This document shows positions 46,599-55,574 of a stretch of 64,000 nt of DNA, in pieces; positions within the stretch are counted from its first letter, which is position 1; every line of letters begins with the position of its first letter. The position numbers were made by a program, and so were the translations under genes. Source of the stretch: Patescibacteria group bacterium (GTDB lineage: Bacteria > Patescibacteriota > Patescibacteriia > JBDRGY01); assembly GCA_043817315.1 (NCBI GenBank), contig JBDRGY010000004.1, forward strand, positions 797 to 64,796, read 5' to 3'. The notes beneath the pieces are model-generated. The model was not told the DNA's origin, made no database searches, and saw nothing but the letters and a program-made list of their open reading frames with translations.

Positions 46599-47885
46599 AT
46601 GAAAAAGTGGTTACAAAGTTATCTTAATAAATTGGCCAAGAGGATTTTGGTCAAATACCAGCCAGATATTATTGGAGTAACTGGTAGCTATGGTAAAACT
46701 TCAACTGTGGAAGCAATTTACCAGGTTTTGGCAACTACTTATTCGGTTAGAAAGAATCTGAAAAATTACAATAACGAAATTGGAGTACCCCTTTCCATAA
46801 TCGGTAAAGAAACTGGCGGAAAGAATTTCTATAAATGGCTGGGAGTGATTTTTAAAGCTTGGTCTTTATTACTGTCTCGAGATAACAGCTACCCTCAAAT
46901 TTTAATTTTAGAAATGGCCGCCGATCACCCCGGAGACATTAAATACTTAGTTAAAATGGCACCGCCTAAAGTTGGGGTGATTACCGCGATTGGCCCTGTC
47001 CACCTGAAGTTTTTCAAAAAAATTGAAAAGGTCTTGGACGAGAAAAAAATGATTGTTTCTAAATTACCCGAGGACGGATTTGCCATCTTGAATGCGGATG
47101 ACAATTATGCCATATCCGTCAAGGATCAGACTAGGGCCAAGGTGCTATCATATGGATTCTCTGAAGAGGCAGTGGTTCGGGCTTCCGACCACCTGATTTT
47201 TTCCGAATTGCCTGAGGAGGTTGAGAAAAGAGTAAAGGGAGTCAGTTTCAAACTTCATTATCAAGGCAATACGGTCCCCGTTTTCTTGCCCGATGTTCTG
47301 GGTAGACACCAGATCTACTCAGCTTTGGCGGCCGCTGCTTGTGGAATCAGTTTTAACGTAAATTTGGTAGATACGGCTGAAGCCTTAAAACGTTTTCAAT
47401 CTCCCAAAGGCCGCATGAAAATCATTGACGGAATCAAACACACCGTTTTAATCGACGATTCCTACAATTCCTCACCGGTGGCTTGCGAAGCTGCTTTAGA
47501 AGTATTGTCTCGTATCCCAGCCGAAGGAAAAAATAAATTTGCCGCCCTGGGTGATATGGCCGAGCTTGGTGAGTTTATGGAAGAGGGTCATTATCAAGTG
47601 GGCAAGAAGGCAGCCAAGGTTTGTGACTATTTGGTAACAGTGGGGGAAGCCGCCAAGATGATGGCGGAACAAGCTATTAAGTCCGGCATGTCGCAAGACA
47701 AAGTATTCAGCTTTGGTTCGGCGGATCGAGCCGGCCGCTTTATTCAAGAAAGAATCAAGCAAGGCGACATTGTTTTAATAAAGGGATCACAAGTATCCAG
47801 AATGGAACGGGTAGTTAAAGAATTAATGGCAGAGCCTGAGAAAGCCAACGAGTTATTAGTGCGCCAAGGTTCTAGTTGGCAATAA
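46599..47885 (+). CDS. murF: UDP-MurNAc-tripeptide--D-Ala-D-Ala ligase
   Basis: GVTGSYGKTST P-loop. DDSYNSSP (MurF-type rather than MurE-type). Confidence 0.8.
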   Translation: MKKWLQSYLNKLAKRILVKYQPDIIGVTGSYGKTSTVEAIYQVLATTYSVRKNLKNYNNEIGVPLSIIGKETGGKNFYKWLGVIFKAWSLLLSRDNSYPQILILEMAADHPGDIKYLVKMAPPKVGVITAIGPVHLKFFKKIEKVLDEKKMIVSKLPEDGFAILNADDNYAISVKDQTRAKVLSYGFSEEAVVRASDHLIFSELPEEVEKRVKGVSFKLHYQGNTVPVFLPDVLGRHQIYSALAAAACGISFNVNLVDTAEALKRFQSPKGRMKIIDGIKHTVLIDDSYNSSPVACEAALEVLSRIPAEGKNKFAALGDMAELGEFMEEGHYQVGKKAAKVCDYLVTVGEAAKMMAEQAIKSGMSQDKVFSFGSADRAGRFIQERIKQGDIVLIKGSQVSRMERVVKELMAEPEKANELLVRQGSSWQ

Positions 47886-47973
47886 AGAAACGGAAAATAT
47901 CAGAGATCCCTTTGGGGATTTTTTTCTTGATTTTTAACGGGAGTTAAGCTACAATAGGAAAACGATTAATAAT

Positions 47974-48594
47974 TTGGATATTATGACAAGCAGGGAAAAT
48001 CCAGAGGGAGCCCAACCAGGAGACAAAAATCCTGAAATCCCTGAAGGATTTGAAACAATATTAGAAGGCAAATCACCCGAGGAACAGACAGAAATATTAG
48101 CAGCTATTGCAGCTGATGCAGAATTGCTAAAGCCAACGGGCGGGGAAAGGCCAGGGCTAAACAAACAGGAAATCATTGAGCATTCTATCGGTTATTGCAA
48201 TCTTTATATTGAAATTTGGAGTAAAATAATAGGTTTAAATCATACATCTATAAGGCAATGTGAATCAGAGGGAGACCAACAAGCTGGAGAAATTGAAGAT
48301 ATCAAGCAACAAATAATAGATCATACAAAGGAATTGGAAAAGTGGGAAAAGATTAAAAAAGAAATTGAACGTGGGGAAACAGAGAATCTGCTAATTGAGA
48401 TAGAGCGATCAATAGAAACCCATACCGAGACGCTTAGTTCTTGGGCCAAAAAAATTGCGGATGCTAGCCATGATACACCTGATGAAGAAATTGCTGAGTT
48501 TAGGGTGGAGCTAATCAAAGCTGCCAGCAGACTTGCTGATGCATCTGAACACAAACGATTGCTTAGATTTATGCGGGAGCAAAAAGTTAAATAA
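47974..48594 (+). CDS. acidic coiled-coil protein (paralog of the next gene)
   Basis: Glu-rich. Shares the ENLLIEIERSIETH motif with the next gene's DGLLLEIEEMIQKD. Confidence 0.45.
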   Translation: MDIMTSRENPEGAQPGDKNPEIPEGFETILEGKSPEEQTEILAAIAADAELLKPTGGERPGLNKQEIIEHSIGYCNLYIEIWSKIIGLNHTSIRQCESEGDQQAGEIEDIKQQIIDHTKELEKWEKIKKEIERGETENLLIEIERSIETHTETLSSWAKKIADASHDTPDEEIAEFRVELIKAASRLADASEHKRLLRFMREQKVK

Positions 48595-48612
48595 ATATAA
48601 GCACACTAGTTT

Positions 48613-49443
48613 ATGCCGGAAAGAGAAAAACCAATTCCCAAAGATATGGAAGATTTGATTTTCGACGAAGAAGAGGGTGGGAGAACAATCAAACAAAAAG
48701 CTCATGATTATCATCAAGATGAGGCCATGCTTAAGGAAGTTGAAGAAGGGGGGAAGCAAGAGGACTTGGAAATCGATTATCAAGAAGTGATCGACATGAT
48801 CGAAAAAGAATCGCCTCAAAAAGCCCAAGAGATGCTTATAGGCTTTTGTCAGGGATATGTAGAAAGATTATCAATGCCAGGGGACAGAGAGAAATGGACT
48901 GAATATGTAAGGCGGCTACAAAAAGGAGAGGTCGATGGTTTACTCTTGGAAATTGAGGAGATGATCCAGAAAGACGTCAATAGTCTAACAAAGTTGAATG
49001 AAGAGGCCGATACTGTTCCCAGCGATGGTTTTCATCAAAACGATAATGTTAAAAGAAAAAAACAAGTTTTAAAGAGTCTAAGGGGGCTAACTACCCTGGA
49101 GAACTTGTTATGGAGATTAGAAAAAGAATTGAAGCCGGAAATGCTGGCTGGGTTGAAAAAAGAGTTACTGGACCATTGCCGTACTTGGATCGATATTGCA
49201 CAACAAGAGCATGATCATGAAGGAGAAAGAGCCTGGCTGCAGGCGATGACCGAATTACAAAATGGGGATTCGGATGAAATGTGGAATGCAATCAGAATTA
49301 CCATAAACAAAAAAATAAGAGAGTTTGATCTAGCTGATAAAATGGGAAAAGAGAAAGATACAAAAAGGCTGACAGCTGATCTTTCTGAACTAACCAGAAT
49401 CCAGAGTAGTCTGCTCAAAGTACTGCGCAGCCAGGAACACTAG
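48613..49443 (+). CDS. acidic coiled-coil protein (paralog)
   Basis: Glu-rich. Shared motif as above. Confidence 0.45.
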   Translation: MPEREKPIPKDMEDLIFDEEEGGRTIKQKAHDYHQDEAMLKEVEEGGKQEDLEIDYQEVIDMIEKESPQKAQEMLIGFCQGYVERLSMPGDREKWTEYVRRLQKGEVDGLLLEIEEMIQKDVNSLTKLNEEADTVPSDGFHQNDNVKRKKQVLKSLRGLTTLENLLWRLEKELKPEMLAGLKKELLDHCRTWIDIAQQEHDHEGERAWLQAMTELQNGDSDEMWNAIRITINKKIREFDLADKMGKEKDTKRLTADLSELTRIQSSLLKVLRSQEH

Positions 49444-49445
49444 AT

Positions 49446-49958
49446 ATGAAAATTGCCCTAAAAATAATTTTCGTTATCTTGTTAATTTGGGGCACAATCG
49501 TCATCGCCAGAGGGGGTTACATCGGTTTACTAGATAACGTTAATCTGATATGGCACGAAGCAGGCCATACCTTATTTGTTTTCTTCGGTGATTTCGTCAG
49601 AATATTAGGGGGATCACTGACTCAAGTCTTAATACCGCTACTATGTGGTGTTGTTTTTTTAGTCAAGCGCCAGTGGTTTGCCAGCACTTTCGCTTTGTGG
49701 TGGGCAGGCCAAAATCTTACTAATGTCAGTATCTATATTGGTGATGCCCGGGCTCTGAAGTTAGACCTTATTGGTGGAGAGGCCTCTATCCATGACTGGA
49801 ATTATCTTTTGGGGATGATGGGCCAGCGGCATTTGGATATGGCCATAGCTAGTTATGTCTGGTGGATCGGGATGATAGCCATGGGAGCAGCCCTGTTTTT
49901 AACACTTTATTTTATTTGGCGTGATGACATCAAAACCAAAAAGGGGATAGCGCTTTAA
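49446..49958 (+). CDS. membrane protein (unknown function)
   Basis: Four to five TM helices. Confidence 0.5.
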   Translation: MKIALKIIFVILLIWGTIVIARGGYIGLLDNVNLIWHEAGHTLFVFFGDFVRILGGSLTQVLIPLLCGVVFLVKRQWFASTFALWWAGQNLTNVSIYIGDARALKLDLIGGEASIHDWNYLLGMMGQRHLDMAIASYVWWIGMIAMGAALFLTLYFIWRDDIKTKKGIAL

Positions 49959-49982
49959 AACCACTAAAAATTAATTATTACC

Positions 49983-50013
49983 AAAAAACACCCCCTATTT
50001 AGGGTGATTTTTT
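49983..50013. terminator. bidirectional rho-independent terminator
   Basis: AAAAAA-CACCC-cctattta-GGGTG-ATTTTTT. Confidence 0.6.
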
Positions 50014-50020
50014 AACGGAA

Positions 50021-50275
50021 AGAAAATAGGGGACAAGCGTGTTGATTGCCTGTCCCCTGACGCATAGCCATGTAGAGTGCAGATCGGAACGTCCAGGTGT
50101 TGAGCCTGGAACCTAATCGTTGGCTGCAACGACCTGAGGCTATCAACCTCTTTAAGGACGCCCTAATTTGGCACCTCCCCCTTTCGGGCATTTGCGGCTT
50201 CGCGTCGACATGAACCCGCCTACCAAGAGGCGGGGGGTACCGCGACAGCAGTCATCATCGTCTGCCCTGCTGCCA
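50021..50275 (-). ncRNA. candidate structured ncRNA 1 (about 250 nt, GC-rich, ORF-free), identity unassigned
   Basis: Minus-strand TTGACA(50310-50305)-17-TAATAT(50287-50282) promoter. No ORF over 42 codons in any frame. Multiple GC hairpins including a CCC-GAAA-GGG GNRA hairpin. Ends in GGGGACA...TGTCCCC followed by UAUUUUCU. Confidence 0.35.
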
Positions 50276-50323
50276 ATAATTATATTAGATAAAAGCAATT
50301 AATATGTCAATTGATATATTGTG

Positions 50324-50354
50324 GAAAAAAAACGGGCAAGTTTTTAACTTGCCC
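50324..50354 (-). terminator. rho-independent terminator (after the small acidic ORF)
   Basis: GGGCAAG-ttaaaaa-CTTGCCC followed by GTTTTTTTT on the minus strand. Confidence 0.6.
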
Positions 50355-50497
50355 TAAAGATCGTCTGCCTCTTCTTCAAGCTCGATACTTCTGATGACAG
50401 CAGCCAGGTCATGTTCCTGGCTAACGGGTACAGGCTGATCTTCACCGTCTTCTTCTCTCATCCAATTCTCGGGATTTATCAGTTCGGCATGGTGCAC
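50354..50497 (-). CDS. small acidic protein (48 aa with GTG start, or 35 aa from the internal ATG)
   Basis: AAGGAGG then 5 nt then GTG. ...MREEDGEDQPVPVSQEHDLAAVIRSIELEEEADDL*. Below the ORF-track size cutoff. Confidence 0.3.
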   Translation of the reverse strand: MHHAELINPENWMREEDGEDQPVPVSQEHDLAAVIRSIELEEEADDL

Positions 50498-50820
50498 TTT
50501 ATCCTCCTTGGTTGGAGCTTCTCCACAAAAACCTTAAGTTTGACATTATGACCGAAAGAGTTGGGGACATCTCCAGCCGGAGCCGTCAAAGCCATCCTGG
50601 GGCGCCGACTTACGGTCTGGGGTGCAATGAGCTGTTGCTTCAATATTGCGGAGGTTGAGAGCGGTTGAGAGCAAGTGTTTGTAGATCGTGCCTATTTACC
50701 GATCTCTCAGCCTCCACTTGGAGAAGGAGTATGAAGCGAATTAATTCTATCTGATAATACGAATCTAGTCAAAAAAATTTGACAAAATATAGTTTAGTAA
50801 TAATATGGAAGCAGCTCTTT

Positions 50821-51294
50821 ATGTCGGATAACACTTTAGGCCAAAAGCGAAGGAGGGACCAAGTGTCTGAATCGAGACAAGGCTTACCTCGAGTTCTTGT
50901 CATCTTAGCCAAGAGAAAATTCAACCGGGACTTGGGAAGCGGTGGGACTCCCACATATTGGTTAGTGCACAGTGAAGTGGTGGAGCTCCATACTTGTACT
51001 ACTTGCCGAGGTTTGATCCGGCAGATTCGAAGTGCTCAGCGCCAGTCCCGACCTTTTGGGGCAGTAGTGGTGGAGGCGACTGATAACGAATCCAGCATTC
51101 GCCAGGAAGTGCTGGAAGAAGCTATGGAGCATATACCGGAAGGTACTACTTTGTTGAAAATAGAAAAGGGGCCGGTCTGTATGCAAGTCTGTTCTTTTGA
51201 CGCTGCGGAAGGCGATTTCGCGGTACGGGGCAACAGTACCAGCGGCGACCGCTTAGCCGCAACCATCATGGCCCTTTGCTCATCAGCACAATAG
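50821..51294 (+). CDS. hypothetical GC-rich protein (start uncertain; GTG at 50857 has a perfect AAGGAGG SD)
   Basis: The listed ORF starts at 50779, but a TTGACA-16-TAATAT promoter lies inside it. Internal ATG at 50821 or GTG at 50857. Confidence 0.4.
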   Translation: MSDNTLGQKRRRDQVSESRQGLPRVLVILAKRKFNRDLGSGGTPTYWLVHSEVVELHTCTTCRGLIRQIRSAQRQSRPFGAVVVEATDNESSIRQEVLEEAMEHIPEGTTLLKIEKGPVCMQVCSFDAAEGDFAVRGNSTSGDRLAATIMALCSSAQ

Positions 51295-51299
51295 TCTAT

Positions 51300-51380
51300 A
51301 CCAGGGCGCTTCCTTAAGAAGCGTCTTTTTAAATAAAAAAGACGTATCCTGGAATCTGGATACGTCTTATGAATAAGGTA
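51300..51380. terminator. pair of convergent terminators
   Basis: GCGCTTC-cttaa-GAAGCG followed by TCTTTTT for plus. AGACGTATCC-agattcca-GGATACGTCT followed by TTTTTTATTT on minus. Confidence 0.6.
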
Positions 51381-51387
51381 CATCTCT

Positions 51388-51642
51388 TCAGCTGTCGTTG
51401 CCTTCGGCAGGTGGCTGCCATTCAGTCAGCAGTCGTTCCGGGACGAAAGTCTTGCCGTGAGGTTCGTCTGACTGGGTGTCGAAAACCTCTACCTCTAGCC
51501 AGTTCTGCGGTCTTTCCCCATTTGGCTTGACTTCGCCAGTCAACCTGAGCCTATTACCCTCCGGAGTCAATTGACCCAGCTTGGTGGTGACCGGAGCACG
51601 GACAGTACAAAAGACAACTTCTCCCTTCTCTGGAACTGACAT
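51388..51642 (-). CDS. small GC-rich protein, family member A (LLTEW family)
   Basis: SD AGGAGA. ...LRLTGEVKPNGERPQNWLEVEVFDTQSDEPHGKTFVPERLLTEWQPP. Confidence 0.55.
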   Translation of the reverse strand: MSVPEKGEVVFCTVRAPVTTKLGQLTPEGNRLRLTGEVKPNGERPQNWLEVEVFDTQSDEPHGKTFVPERLLTEWQPPAEGNDS

Positions 51643-51789
51643 AGGTCTCTCCTGGTATGGGCCTGGACCATCACTTCGACCTTAGCCAGCTCATGCTGCC
51701 GTAAGTGATTACATTTTAGTTCTAATTAGGTTTTTGTCAAGAAATGAGCGCATCGCGTCGGAGACGCGATGCGCTCTGGAAAACTCCTC

Positions 51790-52038
51790 CTAGATTCCCT
51801 TGAACGGCCAATGCCACTCGGTCAGCAGAACCTGCGGAAAAACTGCCCTACCCAACACCTTATCGTCCAGGAAGTTTCTCCTGACCTCTGCTTCAACTCC
51901 GGCAGCTGGCCTGCCTTGCCAGACAACCTGTTCTTCATGACCCGTTAAGATCAGGTAGTGATCGTCTGGGGTTACTTCTCCAAAGTCAGTGTCAAACGGT
52001 TCTCTGACTTTGTGTCTTTTGGCATCGATCAGGCCCAT
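51790..52038 (-). CDS. small GC-rich protein, family member B
   Basis: Start at the internal ATG with SD AGGAGG (MGLIDAKRHK...). ...LILTGHEEQVVWQGRPAAGVEAEVRRNF...RAVFPQVLLTEWHWP. Confidence 0.55.
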   Translation of the reverse strand: MGLIDAKRHKVREPFDTDFGEVTPDDHYLILTGHEEQVVWQGRPAAGVEAEVRRNFLDDKVLGRAVFPQVLLTEWHWPFKGI

Positions 52039-52173
52039 CCCTATCCTCCTGTCGGCGGTTTTTGCCGGCCCAACTACCTGATTACCGAAATGTATTAATA
52101 ATACTATTCTATATTTTCTATTTGTCAAGAAAAAGAGTATAATAATTGTGTAGGATTATTAATCAAAATAGCA

Positions 52174-52761
52174 ATGGAACAAGAAAAAAACGATTATCAA
52201 CAACCAAGTCAATTTGGCAACCAAGAACCGGCCAAAAAACATTTTGGCTTGAAAAAAGCAGTTCTGGTCATCAGCATTGTTATTGTCTTGAATCTGTTTA
52301 TCGGCTATGGCATAACTACTTTTTGGCATACACCCCAATATGAGGACTACTGCACCGAGGAGATTACCTCTAAGACATATTCTGACCAGGAATCCTGTGA
52401 AGCAGCTGGAGGTAAATGGATAATAAGCGCAGAAGTGGGTGTCCCGGAAGAGAAAAGCAGAATAAGTAATTGGTGTGAAATGGATTACCAGTGCCGGCAG
52501 GAGTATCAAGCAGCTTCCGATGTTTATGGCCGTAACTTCTTTGTCGTTGAAATAATAGCTGGAGTAATTCTGATAGTAGTCGGCTTGTTTGCCATCAAGG
52601 CCCAGTCGGTTTCTTTGGGGCTTTCTTTCGGTGGTCTGCTGGCCTTGATTGTCGGTACCATGCGGCACTGGTCAGGGATGCAGGAATATCTGAGATTTAT
52701 CATTCTAGGTCTGGCCCTGATTATCCTGATCTGGGTGGGAGTCAAGAAGTTCAAAGATTAA
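52174..52761 (+). CDS. membrane protein (host-like AT-rich composition)
   Basis: N-terminal TM, a Cys-containing ectodomain, C-terminal TMs. Confidence 0.5.
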   Translation: MEQEKNDYQQPSQFGNQEPAKKHFGLKKAVLVISIVIVLNLFIGYGITTFWHTPQYEDYCTEEITSKTYSDQESCEAAGGKWIISAEVGVPEEKSRISNWCEMDYQCRQEYQAASDVYGRNFFVVEIIAGVILIVVGLFAIKAQSVSLGLSFGGLLALIVGTMRHWSGMQEYLRFIILGLALIILIWVGVKKFKD

Positions 52762-52773
52762 TCACAATATTTT

Positions 52774-53538
52774 ATGCGAGTAGACGATCAAGACAAGTCT
52801 AAAAAAGAAGAAAAACTAAAGGAAGAGTCAAAACAACCAGAACCTGCTAGAGGAGACAAGCCCAAAAAGAAGGGCCACCTGTTACGCAACTGTTTTATCA
52901 TTGTGCTCATTGTCTTCATTTTATTGATCTTGGCGATTGTTTCCCTGTTCTTCTTTAAGGTCCCGGTTATTTCTTCAATCGTTGGATTAAACAGTCAGAA
53001 GGATTTGGGGATTGAAGCCACTGAGGAAGCTAAAGACAGTGCCCAGCAAAAAGTGCCCTGGCAATTTACGGCTGAGATGTCGGAATATACCTTGACGGGG
53101 AATAGAACTTTTTCCGGGAAGATGGACTTAGATGTAGAACTGACATCAGAAGAGGTTACTTCCTACCTTGGACTAATGGGATTTCCGGATGAAGTCATTG
53201 AAAATGTCCAAGTTAAAATGGTTGAAGGCGGAATGGAAATTTCTTCTCAGATAAAAGAGCCGGTTAACTTACCAGTATATTTTAAAGTAGATATAGATAA
53301 GGAGTCAGCCAAAAGTGTCAGCCTAGACATTCAGAAAGCTAAAGTGGGATGGTTCTCTGTACCGCAAAAGTACATAGATCAGGCCGAAGAGTTTTTCCAA
53401 GACACAGTCAATGGGAGGTTAACGGAGGTGGAGGCAGTAAGCATCGAAACCCTTGAGTATCATGACGGCTATTCCGTTTTTAAAGGCACAGTGCCTGAGA
53501 AAGTGGAACCAGCTTATGGTAAATGGCTTGATATCTAA
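52774..53538 (+). CDS. membrane-anchored protein with Lys/Glu-rich N-terminal tail
   Basis: Single TM and an extracytoplasmic domain. Confidence 0.5.
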   Translation: MRVDDQDKSKKEEKLKEESKQPEPARGDKPKKKGHLLRNCFIIVLIVFILLILAIVSLFFFKVPVISSIVGLNSQKDLGIEATEEAKDSAQQKVPWQFTAEMSEYTLTGNRTFSGKMDLDVELTSEEVTSYLGLMGFPDEVIENVQVKMVEGGMEISSQIKEPVNLPVYFKVDIDKESAKSVSLDIQKAKVGWFSVPQKYIDQAEEFFQDTVNGRLTEVEAVSIETLEYHDGYSVFKGTVPEKVEPAYGKWLDI

Positions 53539-53607
53539 GCTAGTATAAATCAAACAGAACCCGGGTCAATAGGCTTGGGTTCTTATATATAAAAAAACGG
53601 ACGACTA

Positions 53608-53892
53608 TCAAGTCGTCCGGATAAGCCAATCGGGCAGATCTTCGGTCATGATGTGTCTGATCGGTACCACGACGGGACCGTTGTAGGAAGCCTTGCCGCT
53701 CTCCAGCTCCACCTCAATACCGCATTCGAAACGCCAGTGTCCTCGAGGATCGTGGAAGATGGCAATGCCCTCTTCTCCGGTAACCCGGCCGGAAGCACCA
53801 TGAGGGATTTTGACCGTCTTACCATGATGACCCAACACTTCCACTTCACCTACTTCTACCTGTAAGCCTTTCAATTGACTGATTTTCAACAT
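53608..53892 (-). CDS. small GC-rich protein, family member C
   Basis: Start at the internal ATG with SD GGGAGGA (MLKISQLKG...). ...RVTGEEGIAIFHDPRGHWRFECGIEVELESGKASYNGPVVVPIRHIMTEDLPDW. Confidence 0.5.
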   Translation of the reverse strand: MLKISQLKGLQVEVGEVEVLGHHGKTVKIPHGASGRVTGEEGIAIFHDPRGHWRFECGIEVELESGKASYNGPVVVPIRHIMTEDLPDWLIRTT

Positions 53893-54058
53893 GATCCTAT
53901 CCTCCCAAGGAAAGGTGGGGGTTCTTGATGCCCGATTGCTAAGGTACATTTGCCTTATCTTACAGTTTCTCTTTTATTTAGTCAAACCCTGCACCAGACG
54001 GTGCAGGGTAAATTAAAAAGGACGGCGGATAGTTTGCCGTCCAATGAACATGGGCCCT

Positions 54059-54280
54059 CTAGCCCTCGACTGGGTCCAGATGAGTGGCTGGCACCAAGAC
54101 ATGGTCACCTTCGACTACCACTTCGATCAGCAGCCCCTGATCTTGTGAGGGTAGTTTGGCCTCGTGAGCCAGTCTGGCCTCAGTACCTTGGAGCAAAACC
54201 TTGGGCAAGGTGCCGACTCTGACATCGGCCCTCTGGTTGACTATAACTCTGGTTCCTGCCATCAGCTTGCTATTGGCCAT
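54059..54280 (-). CDS. small GC-rich protein, family member D (shorter)
   Basis: MANSKLMAGTRVIV...GLLIEVVVEGDHVLVPATHLDP. Confidence 0.45.
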   Translation of the reverse strand: MANSKLMAGTRVIVNQRADVRVGTLPKVLLQGTEARLAHEAKLPSQDQGLLIEVVVEGDHVLVPATHLDPVEG

Positions 54281-54436
54281 GATGTTCCCCCCTGGTTGTC
54301 GCTCTCCCGTTCTTAAGACCCGAAACAGTTTATTACAATATTACTTATTGATTTTTTTGTCAAGCCCTGCATCAGACGATGCAGAGCAAGTAGATAAAAA
54401 AAGATGGCAGATGCTCTTGCCATCTTGGGCCGTGGG

Positions 54437-54709
54437 CTAGCGGCTCTCATCAACCAGTCCCAGCATGACATCAGTGATGTCGATGACTCCTGGTTCCCGG
54501 TCGGGCCCGATCAAGCAGACCATGCCTCGGTGCACCTGGCCAAACTCATCGGTGAACTCCCGGTCCTCTCCCAGGTAGCGAAACTGGGTGCCGCCCGGGA
54601 ATCGGTAGTTGCGAGGCGAATCATCTTTCTTGATCGGAGCCTCTTTCTGTCCCGGGGCCGGAGACTTTAGCTCCAGCTACTTACCATTTAGTTCTGCCCT
54701 GGTGACCAT
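54437..54709 (-). pseudogene. family member E interrupted by an in-frame TAG after codon 10
   Basis: SD GGGGG then 7 nt then ATG. MVTRAELNGK*LELKSP...RFPGGTQFRYLGEDREFTDEFGQVHRGMVCLIGPDREPGVIDITDVMLGLVDESR*. Stop at 54677-54679. Not in the ORF track because it has no long ATG-initiated frame. Confidence 0.4.
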
Positions 54710-54845
54710 TTGGTTACCCCCTTTTCGGGCCTCCTACCTCGTAGATTTGGCGCCCTGGAATGAACATTTAAACTTAAGGGATATTAAAGAATTTGTCAAG
54801 GCCTTAGCCGTAGTCAAAGCTCTTTTGTCAATGGGCGGCTTTTGC

Positions 54846-55490
54846 TTAGGTCGCCCTTTTTGTTTCCCGGTATAAATGGATAATTCGTTGAATAAAAGTA
54901 AAGTGGGTAAAAATGGCCATAATAATCATCAGGATGACAATAGCGTCTAGGCCCCAGAAATGAGCTAGAAACAAACCAATTATTAACAGGATAAAACGGG
55001 GAGCTCTTTGAAAAAAGCCTATGTTACACTCGATGCCGATCCCCTCAGCCCTGGCCCGGACGTAGGATACTAAAAAGGAACCGATTAAGGCCAACCAGAT
55101 AAATATTACCTGCCAGTCTTTGAGGGAATCGAGGTAGTGAAGATAAATGGCCAAAAAGATTACAAATTCAGAATATCGATCTAGAAAGGAATCAAAGAAA
55201 GCGCCAAAGCTGGAGACTCTATTTTGTTTTCTGGCTACCATTCCGTCGATCACGTCAAAATTGACAGCCAGAAAAGTAATGATACCGCCGATCAAGAAAT
55301 TCCCGAGATAAATAAAATAGGCGGCGATCAAGAACATTACAAATCCCAGAACCGTAACCAGATTAGGATGCACTTTTGATTTGGCCAAGCCATTGGCTAT
55401 GGGCTGCCACAGTTTTAAGTAACTCAGGGAAACAGGGTGGTGGCGGGAAAAGTTGAATCGTGATTCTATCATATCACCATTGTAGCACAT
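54846..55490 (-). CDS. CDP-alcohol phosphatidyltransferase
   Basis: DVIDGMVARKQNRVSSFGAFFDSFLD = DG-x2-AR-x8-G-x3-D-x3-D. Confidence 0.8.
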   Translation of the reverse strand: MCYNGDMIESRFNFSRHHPVSLSYLKLWQPIANGLAKSKVHPNLVTVLGFVMFLIAAYFIYLGNFLIGGIITFLAVNFDVIDGMVARKQNRVSSFGAFFDSFLDRYSEFVIFLAIYLHYLDSLKDWQVIFIWLALIGSFLVSYVRARAEGIGIECNIGFFQRAPRFILLIIGLFLAHFWGLDAIVILMIIMAIFTHFTFIQRIIHLYRETKRAT

Positions 55491-55574
55491 CGAATGTTTA
55501 ATAACGAGATTGACAGGAGCAGTATATAAAGTTATGATTCAGCCGTCTATCAATAAATCAGCGACGGCGCTAAT

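Noticed and set aside
54404-54875. ORFs 54404..54670(+) and 54609..54875(+)
   Set aside because: Antisense to family member E, a pseudogene with SD and family similarity. The plus frames are GC-driven artefacts.
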